A stretch of 64,000 bases of DNA. Source: an uncultured bacterium. Lineage in GTDB: Bacteria > Fidelibacterota > Marinisomatia > Marinisomatales > UBA1611. This document shows, piece after piece, positions 1 to 10,147 of the stretch. The stretch lies in the NCBI GenBank assembly GCA_943788175.1, contig CALSPG010000007.1, positions 96,001 through 160,000 of the forward strand, read 5' to 3'. The notes under the pieces were generated by a model. It was given only the letters and a program-made list of their open reading frames with translations. It was not told where the DNA came from and did no database searches. The translations under genes were made by a program, and so were the position numbers. Each line of letters begins with the position of its first letter. The first letter of the stretch is position 1.

Positions 1-2
1 AA

Positions 3-563
3 ATCACATTGGTCGGTGAACACGCAGATAACATTGGATATCAATCTGGGGGCTGGACAATTCATTGGCAGGGTGGTTCCGGAGACATTACACCTGGAAC
101 AACGATTTTAGATGCGTTTAAATCTGCTGTTGCTGACTCAAACAGTATTCATTATTCTAAATATGGTGAGAATTTATTGAATCCAGATGTGGTTGTGGTC
201 GCTGTTGGAGAAAAGCCATACTCAGAAGGGGTCGGTGATAGAGAGTCCCTTCACCTTTCAGATGAAGATATCAAACTATTAAAAAAAGTAAAAAATTCTA
301 ATTTACCTTATGTGGTTGTATTGATATCTGGACGACCAATGATTATTAATGAAGCCTTGGCTGAAAGTGATGCTTTCGTTGCTGCTTGGCTTCCGGGTAC
401 TGAGGGGGAAGGAATTTCAGATGTTATTTTTGGGGATTATAATTTCACAGGTAGGCTATCTATGACATGGCCTAAATCTATGAAGCAAATACCAATTAAT
501 TATGGTGACAGCAATTATGACCCCTTATTTCAATTTGGTTTTGGATTATCATATAAAAAATAG
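3..563 (+). CDS. Glycoside hydrolase family 3 (beta-glucosidase-like), C-terminal part; 5'-truncated by the window edge
   Basis: GH3 C-domain motifs: ADNIGYQSGGWTIHWQG, VVAVGEKPYSEG, LISGRP, AAWLPGTEG, PLFQFGFGLSY. The frame is open from position 3. Confidence 0.9.
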   Translation: MTLVGEHADNIGYQSGGWTIHWQGGSGDITPGTTILDAFKSAVADSNSIHYSKYGENLLNPDVVVVAVGEKPYSEGVGDRESLHLSDEDIKLLKKVKNSNLPYVVVLISGRPMIINEALAESDAFVAAWLPGTEGEGISDVIFGDYNFTGRLSMTWPKSMKQIPINYGDSNYDPLFQFGFGLSYKK

Positions 564-574
564 GTTTTGTTTTA

Positions 575-3500
575 ATGCTTAAAAAAATTATTAATTCATT
601 AATTATTTTTTCATTTTCTTTTTCTCAAAATGTACAATTAAATGAAATAGTCTCTTCAAACCAAAATACCTATTATGATGAAGATGGAGATACGCCTGAT
701 TGGATTGAACTGTATAATTCTACATCGAATAACATATCACTTAATAATTGGGGTTTATCAGATGATATTGAAGACCCATTTAAGTGGCGTATTCCAAACG
801 TGATATTAGCACCAGAAGATTTTTTAATGATTCTGGCATCTGATAAAGATCGTGTTGATATGATATCAGAGTGGGAGACTATTATAGATATAGGAGATTC
901 GTGGTATTACTTTGTAGCTAGCCAAGAGCCAGTCTCAAATTGGAATCAGTTAAGTTTCAATTCTAGTAGTTGGAGTATTGGTCCGAGCGGTTTTGGATAT
1001 GGTGATGGTGATGATAATACTGAAATCACTAATACTGTTTCTGTTTATCTCATTAAACCTTTTTCAATAACAGATTTTGACCAAATTAAAAAGTTAGCTT
1101 TTCATATTGATTATGATGATGGTTTTGTAGCTTATTTAAATGGTAACGAGTTTGCTAGAGATAATATTGAAGGAACGCCACCTGCATTCAACCAAGGTAC
1201 ATTAACATGGCGTGAAGCAGAAATGATAAATGGTGGGTCTCCTTCTCTTTTTTGGGTTGATTCAGCTGAAGCATGGGTTAATGAAGGACCTAATGTCCTA
1301 GCAATTCAAGTTCATAATTTTAATAGTAGTTCTTCGGATTTAACATGCATTCCTTTTTTTACTTTAGGTAGAAATTCTCATTCAGGTAGTGCTCCAACTA
1401 TCGCTGAAGAAATAGACTTACCACTTTCAATTCTTCACTCTAATTTTAAGATTAGTTCTAACGGAGAGACTATTTTGATGACAGATTCAGATAGTGTTTT
1501 AGTTGATTCTATTTATACAGGAATTCTTCAATCTGATGTATCAATTGGTAGAATAAATGATGGTGAAAATTATGGTCTATTTTTAGAACCCACCCCAGCT
1601 GAAACAAATGGGGAAGAATCTGTACTAGGGGTTTTAAATGATATTACATTTTCACAAGAATCTGGTTTTTACAATTTAGCCATACTACCTGTTTCAATAA
1701 CTACTTCAGATGAAGATGCCGCTATTTATTATACATTAGATGGTTCTGAACCAACGATAAATTCAATTTTATATACTAATAATCCAATATTGATTTCAGA
1801 AAATAGAGTATTAAGAGCTACTAGTTTTAAAGCTAACTGGATAAGCTCTCCAATTAAAACTGCGACGTTTATTTTAGAAAGTGGGGATAACAACTTTCCT
1901 ACAATCTTTTTATCAACTAACCCTGATAATTTTTTCGATTTCAACACCGGGATATATGAAATGGGTCCCAATGCTTCTCAAGATTATCCACATTTTGGTG
2001 CAAACTTTTGGGAAGATTGGGAGAAACCTATTTTCTTAGAAGTGTTAGAAACCGATGGTACTTATTTTTCTGCTCCAGCTGGAGTTAAAATTTTTGGCGG
2101 GTGGAGCAGGGGACAGTCCCAAAAATCCTTGTCTCTTTTTGCGAGGAGTCAATATGGAGCTTCAGAATTTAATTATCGTTTTTTCCCTGATTTAGAATTA
2201 GAGGACTTTCAGTCCTTAGTATTACGTAACTCTGGAAATGATTGGAGCTTTACGATGCTAAGAGATGGGTTTATGACAAGTATTTTTCATGATGTGGATC
2301 TTGACGTTCAGAGCTATCGACCAATGCTAGTGTATTTAAATGGTGAGTTTTGGGGTTTGTACAATCTTAGAGAAAAAGTAAATGAGCACTTTATAGCTGG
2401 ACATCACCCTGTTGATCCTGATGAAATAGATTTAATTGAAGTTCAAACCGCAAATGAAGGGTCCATTGATGATTATGATGAATTGCTTGATTATGTAACT
2501 CAATCTGATATGACTGACCCTATTGTTTTTGATTCACTATCAAAATGGATTGATATTGATAACCACATAGATTATAACATTGCTCAAATTTTTATTGATA
2601 ATAGAGATTGGCCTGGTAATAATATCAAATATTGGAGGCCACAACAAAATGATGGGTTATGGCGGTGGATTTTGTATGATACAGATTTTGGATTTGGAAT
2701 TCCTTGGAATGGTCAAGGTTATGATTATAACACACTTTTATTCGCCCTTGAAGAAAACGGACCAGGATGGCCAAATCCGCCTTATTCTACATTTTTATTA
2801 AGAAAACTTTTTGAGAATTCAGATTATAGAGATCGATTTGTTAATATATTTTGTGATAGGCTTAACACTGTTTTTAAGTCAGCGTTTTTGAACGGAAGAA
2901 TAAATGAGATGGCATCTTATATCCAAGATATAATACCTTTTCATCGTGGCAAGTGGCCTAATTCAGCTCAAGATTGGAATTACCATATTGAAATTTTAGA
3001 AAACTTTGCTAATAATAGATCTTTATATGTAAGGCAGCATTTATCAAGCTTTTTTAATTTATCTAGTCCTGCCTTGGTAACATTTATTTCTAGTCTAGGT
3101 GGTGAAATTAAAATTAATTCTATTTTCCCGGATTCTTATCCCTGGGCTGGATATTACTATCCCAGCGTCCCAATTGAAATTGAGGCGATACCAGAAGATG
3201 GATACAGGTTTATTGGCTGGGCTCAATACTCAGATTCAACCGCCAAAATGAAAGTTCAAATTTCTAACAATTCAATGATAACAGCATTATTTGAAGAAAT
3301 ACCTGGCGACGCCACAATTGATTTAGTGATAAATGAAATTAATTATAATAGTTCTGACCAATTTGATACAGGTGACTGGGTTGAACTTTATAACAATGGT
3401 TCTGAGCGGATAGATATATCAGGTTGGTATTTCACAGATGAAAATGAAGACAATAAGTTTATTTTTCCTGAAAATTCGAATATTGATCCAAATGCTTATA

Positions 3501-4108
3501 TTGTTTTAGCCCAAAATGTAGAATCTTTTTTAGCTCTTTTCCCCGAGACTTCTAATCTATATGGTTCTTTTAATTTTGGCCTTAGTGGAGGAGGAGAAGA
3601 AATTAGTTTGTATGATGCTTCTGATGCGTTAGTTGATCAAGTTGAATATAATGATGATCTACCTTGGCCAACTGAGCCAGATGGGAATGGGCCCACTCTT
3701 GAGCTTATGCATCCAGACTCATTAAATGAATTTTCCAGTAGCTGGGGGTCTTCCGCTGGGAATGGAACACCAGGTTATATAAATAGTATATTTGAAACTT
3801 TAAAAAACACAGAGGATGAAATTAATCCCTCTGATCGTATTTTATATTCTGTTTTCCCCAACCCATTTAATTCACATGTTAAAATTATTTTTGATATTGT
3901 AAAAATGAGTCAAATCAATTTCACCATTGTTAATATATTAGGTGAAAAGGTACGCACATTTGAAAATCAAAATTACTCTAGTGGATTAAACACTTTAGTT
4001 TGGGACGGTAAAAATAATTTTGGACAAGACTTAAGTACTGGTATTTATTTTTGCAGGTTAAAATCAAAAAATATTGATAAGAGCATTAAACTTCTTTACG
4101 TAAAATAA
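575..4108 (+). CDS. Secreted CotH-kinase family protein with two lamin-tail domains, a chitobiase/FN3-associated domain and a C-terminal FlgD-Ig/T9SS-type-A-like domain
   Basis: Signal peptide; LTD motifs NEI..DWIELYN and INEINYN..DWVELYN; IYYTLDGSEP; CotH motifs YLNGEFWGLYNLRE, NRDWPGNN, WRWILYDTDFGFG; C-terminal FPNPFN...WDGKN..G..LSTGIYF. Confidence 0.85.
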   Translation: MLKKIINSLIIFSFSFSQNVQLNEIVSSNQNTYYDEDGDTPDWIELYNSTSNNISLNNWGLSDDIEDPFKWRIPNVILAPEDFLMILASDKDRVDMISEWETIIDIGDSWYYFVASQEPVSNWNQLSFNSSSWSIGPSGFGYGDGDDNTEITNTVSVYLIKPFSITDFDQIKKLAFHIDYDDGFVAYLNGNEFARDNIEGTPPAFNQGTLTWREAEMINGGSPSLFWVDSAEAWVNEGPNVLAIQVHNFNSSSSDLTCIPFFTLGRNSHSGSAPTIAEEIDLPLSILHSNFKISSNGETILMTDSDSVLVDSIYTGILQSDVSIGRINDGENYGLFLEPTPAETNGEESVLGVLNDITFSQESGFYNLAILPVSITTSDEDAAIYYTLDGSEPTINSILYTNNPILISENRVLRATSFKANWISSPIKTATFILESGDNNFPTIFLSTNPDNFFDFNTGIYEMGPNASQDYPHFGANFWEDWEKPIFLEVLETDGTYFSAPAGVKIFGGWSRGQSQKSLSLFARSQYGASEFNYRFFPDLELEDFQSLVLRNSGNDWSFTMLRDGFMTSIFHDVDLDVQSYRPMLVYLNGEFWGLYNLREKVNEHFIAGHHPVDPDEIDLIEVQTANEGSIDDYDELLDYVTQSDMTDPIVFDSLSKWIDIDNHIDYNIAQIFIDNRDWPGNNIKYWRPQQNDGLWRWILYDTDFGFGIPWNGQGYDYNTLLFALEENGPGWPNPPYSTFLLRKLFENSDYRDRFVNIFCDRLNTVFKSAFLNGRINEMASYIQDIIPFHRGKWPNSAQDWNYHIEILENFANNRSLYVRQHLSSFFNLSSPALVTFISSLGGEIKINSIFPDSYPWAGYYYPSVPIEIEAIPEDGYRFIGWAQYSDSTAKMKVQISNNSMITALFEEIPGDATIDLVINEINYNSSDQFDTGDWVELYNNGSERIDISGWYFTDENEDNKFIFPENSNIDPNAYIVLAQNVESFLALFPETSNLYGSFNFGLSGGGEEISLYDASDALVDQVEYNDDLPWPTEPDGNGPTLELMHPDSLNEFSSSWGSSAGNGTPGYINSIFETLKNTEDEINPSDRILYSVFPNPFNSHVKIIFDIVKMSQINFTIVNILGEKVRTFENQNYSSGLNTLVWDGKNNFGQDLSTGIYFCRLKSKNIDKSIKLLYVK

Positions 4109-4111
4109 GAT

Positions 4112-5092
4112 ATGATTCAAAAAGCTCTTTTTATATTTATTATCGCAAATATAGTGTTCGCGAACATTGATTTATCAACCGACTTAGCATACCAATTAGT
4201 CTTAGAAAAAATAAATAAAAAAACAGTTCCTGTCTCTTTTATAGATAATGTATTCAAAAATCCAAAAATTGAACTACATGCAAAAATACCAGAGCGCTTT
4301 GCTAGGCCGTACGAAAAAAAATCATGGGAGCAGTACAAAAAATTATTTATAAAAGAGTCGCGGATTGTAGCGGGTGTCAAGTTTTATAGTGAAAATAAAG
4401 ATTTAATATTAAAAGTTTCAAAAAAGTACGGCGTAGACCCGTTTATAATATTAAGTATTGCAGGAATCGAGAGTAATTATGGTAAGCATTATAAAGGATT
4501 TACTGTTTTCAATTCATTATACACACAAATTCATGAGATGCCTAAAAGAGCAAAGTGGGCTTCTAAGGAATTAGCCTCTTATTTAGAATATTGTTACAAA
4601 GACAATGTCGACCCGCAAAGTATTGAGGGTTCGTATGCTGGGGCCTTTGGTTTTGGACAATTTATCCCATCAAGTTTCAACAGATATTCAGTAGACTTTG
4701 ATAATGATGGTGTTAGACGACCCCATGATTGGCCAGATGTTTTAGGAAGTATTGCTAACTACCTTATCAAAAATGGTTATACTTCTGGAAGTGCAAATTA
4801 TAAGAAAAAAGGAGATATTTGGAAATCTGTTTATGCATATAACCATTCAGAAAATTATGTGATGGCAGTGCTTGGCCTAACCGAAAAAATTAGAGAAAGA
4901 TCTAGTTATCTTCATTCAAATGTTGAAGATAGATTAAACTATGTTATTGAGAATTTTGATCCATTAGACAATAAATCTGTTAGTGACTTGCAAAAAGTTT
5001 TAAATGCGAATGGCTATGATCTAGAAATAGATGGAAGACTTGGTAGAAGCACTTTAGATGCTCTCAGAGAGGCTCAGTTAAAGCGAAATTAG
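4112..5092 (+). CDS. mltB: Lytic murein transglycosylase (MltB/SLT_2 family) with a C-terminal peptidoglycan-binding domain
   Basis: GIESNYG (catalytic Glu), GSYAGAFGFGQFIPSSF, DFDNDG, SIANYL, YNHSENY; PG_binding_1-like LQKVLNANGY..IDGRLGRST. Confidence 0.85.
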   Translation: MIQKALFIFIIANIVFANIDLSTDLAYQLVLEKINKKTVPVSFIDNVFKNPKIELHAKIPERFARPYEKKSWEQYKKLFIKESRIVAGVKFYSENKDLILKVSKKYGVDPFIILSIAGIESNYGKHYKGFTVFNSLYTQIHEMPKRAKWASKELASYLEYCYKDNVDPQSIEGSYAGAFGFGQFIPSSFNRYSVDFDNDGVRRPHDWPDVLGSIANYLIKNGYTSGSANYKKKGDIWKSVYAYNHSENYVMAVLGLTEKIRERSSYLHSNVEDRLNYVIENFDPLDNKSVSDLQKVLNANGYDLEIDGRLGRSTLDALREAQLKRN

Positions 5093-5102
5093 TAGCCTAA
5101 GC

Positions 5103-6914
5103 TTAAAACCTTATAGTTAACATAATTATTCTTCCATCTCTTTTGATATCTATTGGAACACTTTGTCCTTTTTTAAAATCTTTTATCCTCTTCATGTATT
5201 CATAAATATCTTTCACCGGCTTTTTATCAATAGATTTTATTATATCACCCGATCTAATCCCTGCTTTAGCAGCTGGTCCATTAGGGTCATATATTTTATC
5301 AATTTTTAACCCATCAATTGTCCCGCCATAATGTGGTATAATACCTAACTTTATTTTATTGTTATTTCTTTGTGTCTGTTGTTTTTTTGGCCCAGCCAAA
5401 GTAAATGATGGTTTTAGATTTTGTCTACTTATATCGATAACTAGGTTGTGAATTACGCTAAGTATTTGTCTCTCTCCTTTTAAATTAATGGATTGCCAAT
5501 CATCTTCTGGTAAATGATAATTATTATCATAATCACCAGTAAAAAAGAATAGAACCGGAATGTCTTCAGAGTAAAAACTAGCATGATCGCTCGGGCCGTA
5601 TCCAGCCTGGTCAAATTCGAATTTTAAACCAGAGTCCATAGATAGGCTATCTAATATTTTTTCAAATATTGGTGATGTTCCTACACCGCCAATGACAACT
5701 GTTGAATCCTTCATTTTGCCTATCATATCCATATTGATCATTGTAACAATATTACTTTTTTCAACTGTTGGGTTTTGAATGAAATATTTAGACCCTAGCA
5801 ATCCTTTCTCTTCTGCATCAAACCCGATTAAAAGCACACTTCTTTTGAGTAATTGTCTATTGTTTTGAAGTTTGTGAGCTAACTCAAGTAACCCAGCTGT
5901 TCCGGAGGCATTATCATTTGCACCATTGTGTATAGCATTAGTATCCGGCTTAAGTGAGCCGGAACCCGGTCCACCATAACCCAAGTGATCAAAGTGCGCA
6001 CCTATGACGATATATTCATCACGATATTTATGATTTCTGCTTACAATTTTTCCAATAACGTTTGCTGCCCTTGAATAAATATTTTTCAATTCAACATTAG
6101 CTGATATTTTAATGTCTGAGATTTTGAAGGTTTCCGGTTTTAGATTATTATTCATTTTATCTTGAACTATTTTTCTAGAACGTCCAATAGAATTAAGAAT
6201 ATCATCAGCAACTTCATTGTTTATGTGAATTGCGGGTATACCAGATTTTGAATATCCTGGTATATATTTAAATGGTATTAAAGTTGAATCTTCAACTTGT
6301 GATATGAAAACAATACCAACAGCGCCTCGATCTCTCGCTTCTATCATTTTTTTATGAAGATCAGAATGTGGTGCATATACACTATAAGGGTTTTCTCTTT
6401 CAGGGTTATGCCTCATAACCATTACCCATTTTCCGTCAACATTCAGATCTTTATAATCATTCCAAACTAAAGAGTCAGTTATTAGATTTATACCATATCC
6501 AGCGAAAACTACTTCTGCTGATACACTTGAGTTACCTGAAAACCAGAGGGGAATGTAATCTTCTTCAATATTTAAAGGGCGGTCATTTATTTTTAATGAA
6601 TTATTTCTTCCAATTTTTACACTATCTAGAATACTGAAAGTCTGCTTAAAGGAAGAACCCTCACCAGCGGGTTGGACACCATAACTTTTTAACTGATTAA
6701 TCAAGTAAGCAATTACATCTTTAGATTCTCGTGTTCCTGGGTAGCGGCCAGCTCTTTTGTCATCTGATAAGAAACGTATGTGTTTCACAATGTCTTTTTC
6801 TGAAATATCTGAGGTTCCATTTAAACCTGGCCCTGTTTGACGAAACCAGAAAAAACAAAGTCCGACAATTATAATTACTAAAATAGTTGATAATAAGCTT
6901 TTGTTTTCTGTCAT
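5103..6914 (-). CDS. M28 family metallopeptidase with PA and PDZ domains
   Basis: IGAHFDHLG, NGANDNASG, DAEEKGLLGS, NMDMIG, SDHASF, YH..EDD; PA insert VVFAGYGI; C-terminal PDZ GPAAKAGIRSGDII. Confidence 0.9.
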   Translation of the reverse strand: MTENKSLLSTILVIIIVGLCFFWFRQTGPGLNGTSDISEKDIVKHIRFLSDDKRAGRYPGTRESKDVIAYLINQLKSYGVQPAGEGSSFKQTFSILDSVKIGRNNSLKINDRPLNIEEDYIPLWFSGNSSVSAEVVFAGYGINLITDSLVWNDYKDLNVDGKWVMVMRHNPERENPYSVYAPHSDLHKKMIEARDRGAVGIVFISQVEDSTLIPFKYIPGYSKSGIPAIHINNEVADDILNSIGRSRKIVQDKMNNNLKPETFKISDIKISANVELKNIYSRAANVIGKIVSRNHKYRDEYIVIGAHFDHLGYGGPGSGSLKPDTNAIHNGANDNASGTAGLLELAHKLQNNRQLLKRSVLLIGFDAEEKGLLGSKYFIQNPTVEKSNIVTMINMDMIGKMKDSTVVIGGVGTSPIFEKILDSLSMDSGLKFEFDQAGYGPSDHASFYSEDIPVLFFFTGDYDNNYHLPEDDWQSINLKGERQILSVIHNLVIDISRQNLKPSFTLAGPKKQQTQRNNNKIKLGIIPHYGGTIDGLKIDKIYDPNGPAAKAGIRSGDIIKSIDKKPVKDIYEYMKRIKDFKKGQSVPIDIKRDGRIIMLTIRF

Positions 6915-6953
6915 AATAAATTTTTCTTAGCTTAATTTAATACCCTTGAATTT

Positions 6954-7334
6954 ATGTCTATAAAAAACAATAATATTAGTATTAAAGTTCATTCAAACTT
7001 TATCCGCGATCGTTCATTGCCTGAAAATTCGATTTTTTTATTTTCATATGACGTTGTTATTAAAAATCATAATCTTTTTGATGTTCAGCTTTTATCAAGG
7101 TATTGGCATATCCAAGATGGAAATGGGGAGGTTGAAGAAGTCAGTGGCCCAGGTGTAGTTGGGTTAAAACCAATCATAAAATCGGACGGTATATTTAAAT
7201 ATTCTAGCTTCTGCCCTATTAAAACGCCGTTTGGAGTAATGAAGGGTTCTTATAAAATGAGAAGCAATGCAGAGGAAGTTTTTGAGGCTAAGATAGCAAC
7301 ATTTATTTTACGTGCTAATGAATACGTTAATTAG
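6954..7334 (+). CDS. apaG: ApaG domain protein
   Basis: VQLLSRYWHIQDGNG, GPGVVGLKP, YSSFCPIKTPFGVMKGSY. Confidence 0.92.
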   Translation: MSIKNNNISIKVHSNFIRDRSLPENSIFLFSYDVVIKNHNLFDVQLLSRYWHIQDGNGEVEEVSGPGVVGLKPIIKSDGIFKYSSFCPIKTPFGVMKGSYKMRSNAEEVFEAKIATFILRANEYVN

Positions 7335-8057
7335 ATTTTTCAGAAAAAGAAGAATTAAAAAAACCAATACAAACCATTTACCATATAGGCCCAAAACATG
7401 AATTGGTTTCAGGACTTTCCTATAATTTGTCATATCGCCCTTAATGGGTGTTGATTTATCATCAATGGGTTTTGAACTATATTGCCAAAGATTATAGCCA
7501 AAAGTTTTTACAATATCTATATGGCTAGTTTCAAAAGATTCACTTGAATATAAATTTTTATATTTTTCTATAGGGAGTATGTAATCACCGGCATCTAAAA
7601 TATTCATACAGATGTTATTAAAATATTTTTTTTCAATTACGGCCGGTTCTAATCCTATAATTTTACCGCTGTTTTTTAAAACTCTATGAAATTCTTTAAA
7701 AATAAGTTTGCAAGTTTTTGCATTAATATGGTGAAGGCACAATGAAACAAAAATTAGATCAAAAGAATCTTTTTCCCATGGCAGTCGTTGTTTACTAGAG
7801 TGTATTATTGGAATTTTTTCAAATTTGTTTTTAGCATACCTTTCTTTTGAACTTTGGACTCTGCTCATGTCTACTTCAGCCCCAATATAGTCTTCAGCGT
7901 GAAATAGTTTTGAATTAGATCCTGTTCCACAACCAAAATCGAGTGTTTTCATACCTTTTTCATAATGATTTTTAACAAAATCAAAAGTTGTTTTTCCTTG
8001 AAGAGGAACAACAATATTACGATAAGCCAAAGTTTCTAGTTTTGAAAAAATGCCCAA
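7308..8057 (-). CDS. Class I SAM-dependent methyltransferase with a C-terminal transmembrane helix
   Basis: Motif I LDFGCGTG; LPWEKDSFDLI, LHH, EFHRVLKNSG; hydrophobic C-terminus. Confidence 0.8.
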   Translation of the reverse strand: MGIFSKLETLAYRNIVVPLQGKTTFDFVKNHYEKGMKTLDFGCGTGSNSKLFHAEDYIGAEVDMSRVQSSKERYAKNKFEKIPIIHSSKQRLPWEKDSFDLIFVSLCLHHINAKTCKLIFKEFHRVLKNSGKIIGLEPAVIEKKYFNNICMNILDAGDYILPIEKYKNLYSSESFETSHIDIVKTFGYNLWQYSSKPIDDKSTPIKGDMTNYRKVLKPIHVLGLYGKWFVLVFLILLFLKNLINVFIST

Positions 8058-8060
8058 ATA

Positions 8061-9026
8061 TTAATTCCTATATAATGAAAAAACCCAAGAGGCTTCTTCT
8101 TTAGTGAGCCTTTCACTAAGCTCTCCCGCTGCCGCTGCTTGAGATTCGTTTCTTTGACCTAAAAGAGCGCACCCTGTAGGATTATCAAATAAGATTGATC
8201 CAAGCAATGCATGCATTATTGCATTATCCCCAAAATGAGCAAATTTTTCCTCTATTTTTATTCTATTTATCTGCATCTTTTTTATAAAATCAATATCTTG
8301 AAACTCTTTTACTGTTTTTCTAAAATCACCTTTTGGAAAAGCGGTAATAGAATCATATTTCCCTGTAAGTATACCATGTTTTATAGGTGAAAAAAAACAC
8401 ACACCTAGATTATTTGTTTTGACATAGGCTTTTAGTCCCGATGTATCATATTCAATATCAAAGACATTGTAAAGAGTTTGTACAACGTCAGGATTTACGA
8501 ATTTAATGAATTTCATAATTCTTGCTGAGGACCAATCTGACAAACCAATAAAACGTATTTTACCATCTTCTTTAAATTGGTTAATTATTTCTAGGGCGCC
8601 TTCAAGCATTTCATCATTATTTCCAAAATTACAGTGATGTAGATAAAGAATGTCAATATAATCAGTTCTAAGGTTTTTAAGAGACTTTTCAATTTTTTCT
8701 TTAATATAACTGGGTTCATACCATTGTTTGTATGGTCCTTTATCCCAGCCTACCTTGGTAGCAAGAAATATGCTTTTTCTTGAAATTTCTTTCCACATTG
8801 ATCCGATAATTTTTTCTGAGTGTCCTTCTCCATAAACATCAGCTGTATCCCAATGGTTTAAGCCCAATGAAAATGATTTTTTCAAGGCATTTATTGAGTC
8901 TAAATCAGATTGATCTGACCAGCCGACATTATGACCGCCGCTAGTATTCTGTTTACCATGTGACCATGCTCCGAGACTGATTATAGACACTTCTTCGTTT
9001 GTTCGACCTAAGGTAATTTTTTTCAT
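8061..9026 (-). CDS. Aldo/keto reductase
   Basis: DTADVYGEGHSE, LATKVG, SLKNLRTDYIDILYLH, GKIRFIGLS. Confidence 0.9.
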   Translation of the reverse strand: MKKITLGRTNEEVSIISLGAWSHGKQNTSGGHNVGWSDQSDLDSINALKKSFSLGLNHWDTADVYGEGHSEKIIGSMWKEISRKSIFLATKVGWDKGPYKQWYEPSYIKEKIEKSLKNLRTDYIDILYLHHCNFGNNDEMLEGALEIINQFKEDGKIRFIGLSDWSSARIMKFIKFVNPDVVQTLYNVFDIEYDTSGLKAYVKTNNLGVCFFSPIKHGILTGKYDSITAFPKGDFRKTVKEFQDIDFIKKMQINRIKIEEKFAHFGDNAIMHALLGSILFDNPTGCALLGQRNESQAAAAGELSERLTKEEASWVFSLYRN

Positions 9027-9084
9027 AGTATTATTATATAAACAAGGTAGTTAGTTAGCAATAAGATATTATAATTTTCACATT

Positions 9085-9420
9085 ATGCAGCAACATTATT
9101 TGAAAGTTTTGGACATAGGTCATAATGGAAAATCGCCTGATGAAGCAATGATGATCCTTGAGACGACAGTAAGTCAATGCTCTTTTGAAAACAAGATTAA
9201 AGCTATAAAAGTCATTACCGGTCATGGTTCCGGGAAATTACGAAAAATTGTAAGGGCATGGTGTAATGATCAAGAAGGTCGGTTTAATAAAGTAATATAT
9301 GGTGAAGACTATGATATGTTTAATAAAGATGCAGTTAATATGAGGAGTGATTGCAACCAACCTCTTGATAATGATTTTGGCAGGAAAAATGCAGCAGTAA
9401 CATATATATGGTTGAGGTAA
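9085..9420 (+). CDS. Stand-alone Smr (small MutS-related) domain protein
   Basis: LDIGH..SPDEAM, VITGHGSGKLR, N.AVTYIWL. Confidence 0.75.
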   Translation: MQQHYLKVLDIGHNGKSPDEAMMILETTVSQCSFENKIKAIKVITGHGSGKLRKIVRAWCNDQEGRFNKVIYGEDYDMFNKDAVNMRSDCNQPLDNDFGRKNAAVTYIWLR

Positions 9421-9421
9421 C

Positions 9422-10009
9422 ATGGTAAAAGCAAAACATATTAAACTTATTCTATTAATATTCGCTGGGGTTCATTTATTTAATTGTGCGGGTACAAATT
9501 ATAAAAAAATGAGTATTGAAGACCCTCGTTCGCTATTAGCGATTCAAGATTCGCTAATACTTGAAAACAAAAACAATCAAAATATTATGGATGCTCTAAT
9601 GACAGCTAATAACAATATGGGTAAAAACTATCTAATAAAAGGAGAATTGTTTTTAGCTATTGATCATTTTAAAAAAGCTATTTCTTTAAATAGTGAAAAT
9701 AAATTCTCTAAATATAGTTTGTTAATTGCTGAGGGCCGTGTGCTGATAAAAAGAGGAAATAAAAATGGTATGTGGGATGCTATTGAAAAGTTTTCAAAAG
9801 CTTCAAGTTTTTTCCCAGACAAAGGGGAGCCCTTTTATTGGATGGCTATTTCTTATACAAAACTAGGCGATACTGAATTTGATTTAATTCTTGAATCTTA
9901 CGAAAAATCTTTATCTTTGGAGTTAAGTGAAAATATTAAGAGTGAGGTTGAAAAAAAGTATGAAAAAGCAAAAAAGCGAAAACAAAAACTTGATTCATTT
10001 TGGAAATAA
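9422..10009 (+). CDS. TPR-repeat protein, probable lipoprotein
   Basis: Signal peptide ending LFNC; TPR-like helices (AIDHFKKAISLN, AIEKFSKA..FPD, YEKSLSLE). Confidence 0.7.
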   Translation: MVKAKHIKLILLIFAGVHLFNCAGTNYKKMSIEDPRSLLAIQDSLILENKNNQNIMDALMTANNNMGKNYLIKGELFLAIDHFKKAISLNSENKFSKYSLLIAEGRVLIKRGNKNGMWDAIEKFSKASSFFPDKGEPFYWMAISYTKLGDTEFDLILESYEKSLSLELSENIKSEVEKKYEKAKKRKQKLDSFWK

Positions 10010-10063
10010 TGCTGTGCCTTCCTCGTCGATTATACATAAATATTTATAGTAATTAATAATTTC

Positions 10064-10092
10064 TTGACACGCGATTGATTATTAAGTAAGAT
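10064..10092 (+). promoter_or_regulatory. Sigma70-type promoter of the motor operon
   Basis: TTGACA (10064-10069), 17-nt spacer, TAAGAT (10087-10092); SD-like GAGG at about 10138 before ATG 10148. Confidence 0.65.
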
Positions 10093-10147
10093 TGCTCCCA
10101 CTCTGCATTGTAAGATGCAAAGTGACTTAAAATATCCGAGGTAAGAT

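Noticed and set aside
3850-4108. FlgD-like C-terminal domain as evidence for flagellar genes
   Set aside because: It is the generic FPNPFN/FlgD-Ig C-terminal domain of secreted FCB-group proteins, not a hook-capping protein.
7308-7334. Convergent 3' overlap of apaG and the methyltransferase (also 44714-44717)
   Set aside because: Common in compact AT-rich genomes; no evidence of special function.
10104-10119. TGCAT-n6-ATGCA inverted repeat in the motor-operon leader, as a possible operator or riboswitch
   Set aside because: Only 5-bp arms, which is expected by chance; the leader is too short for a known riboswitch.
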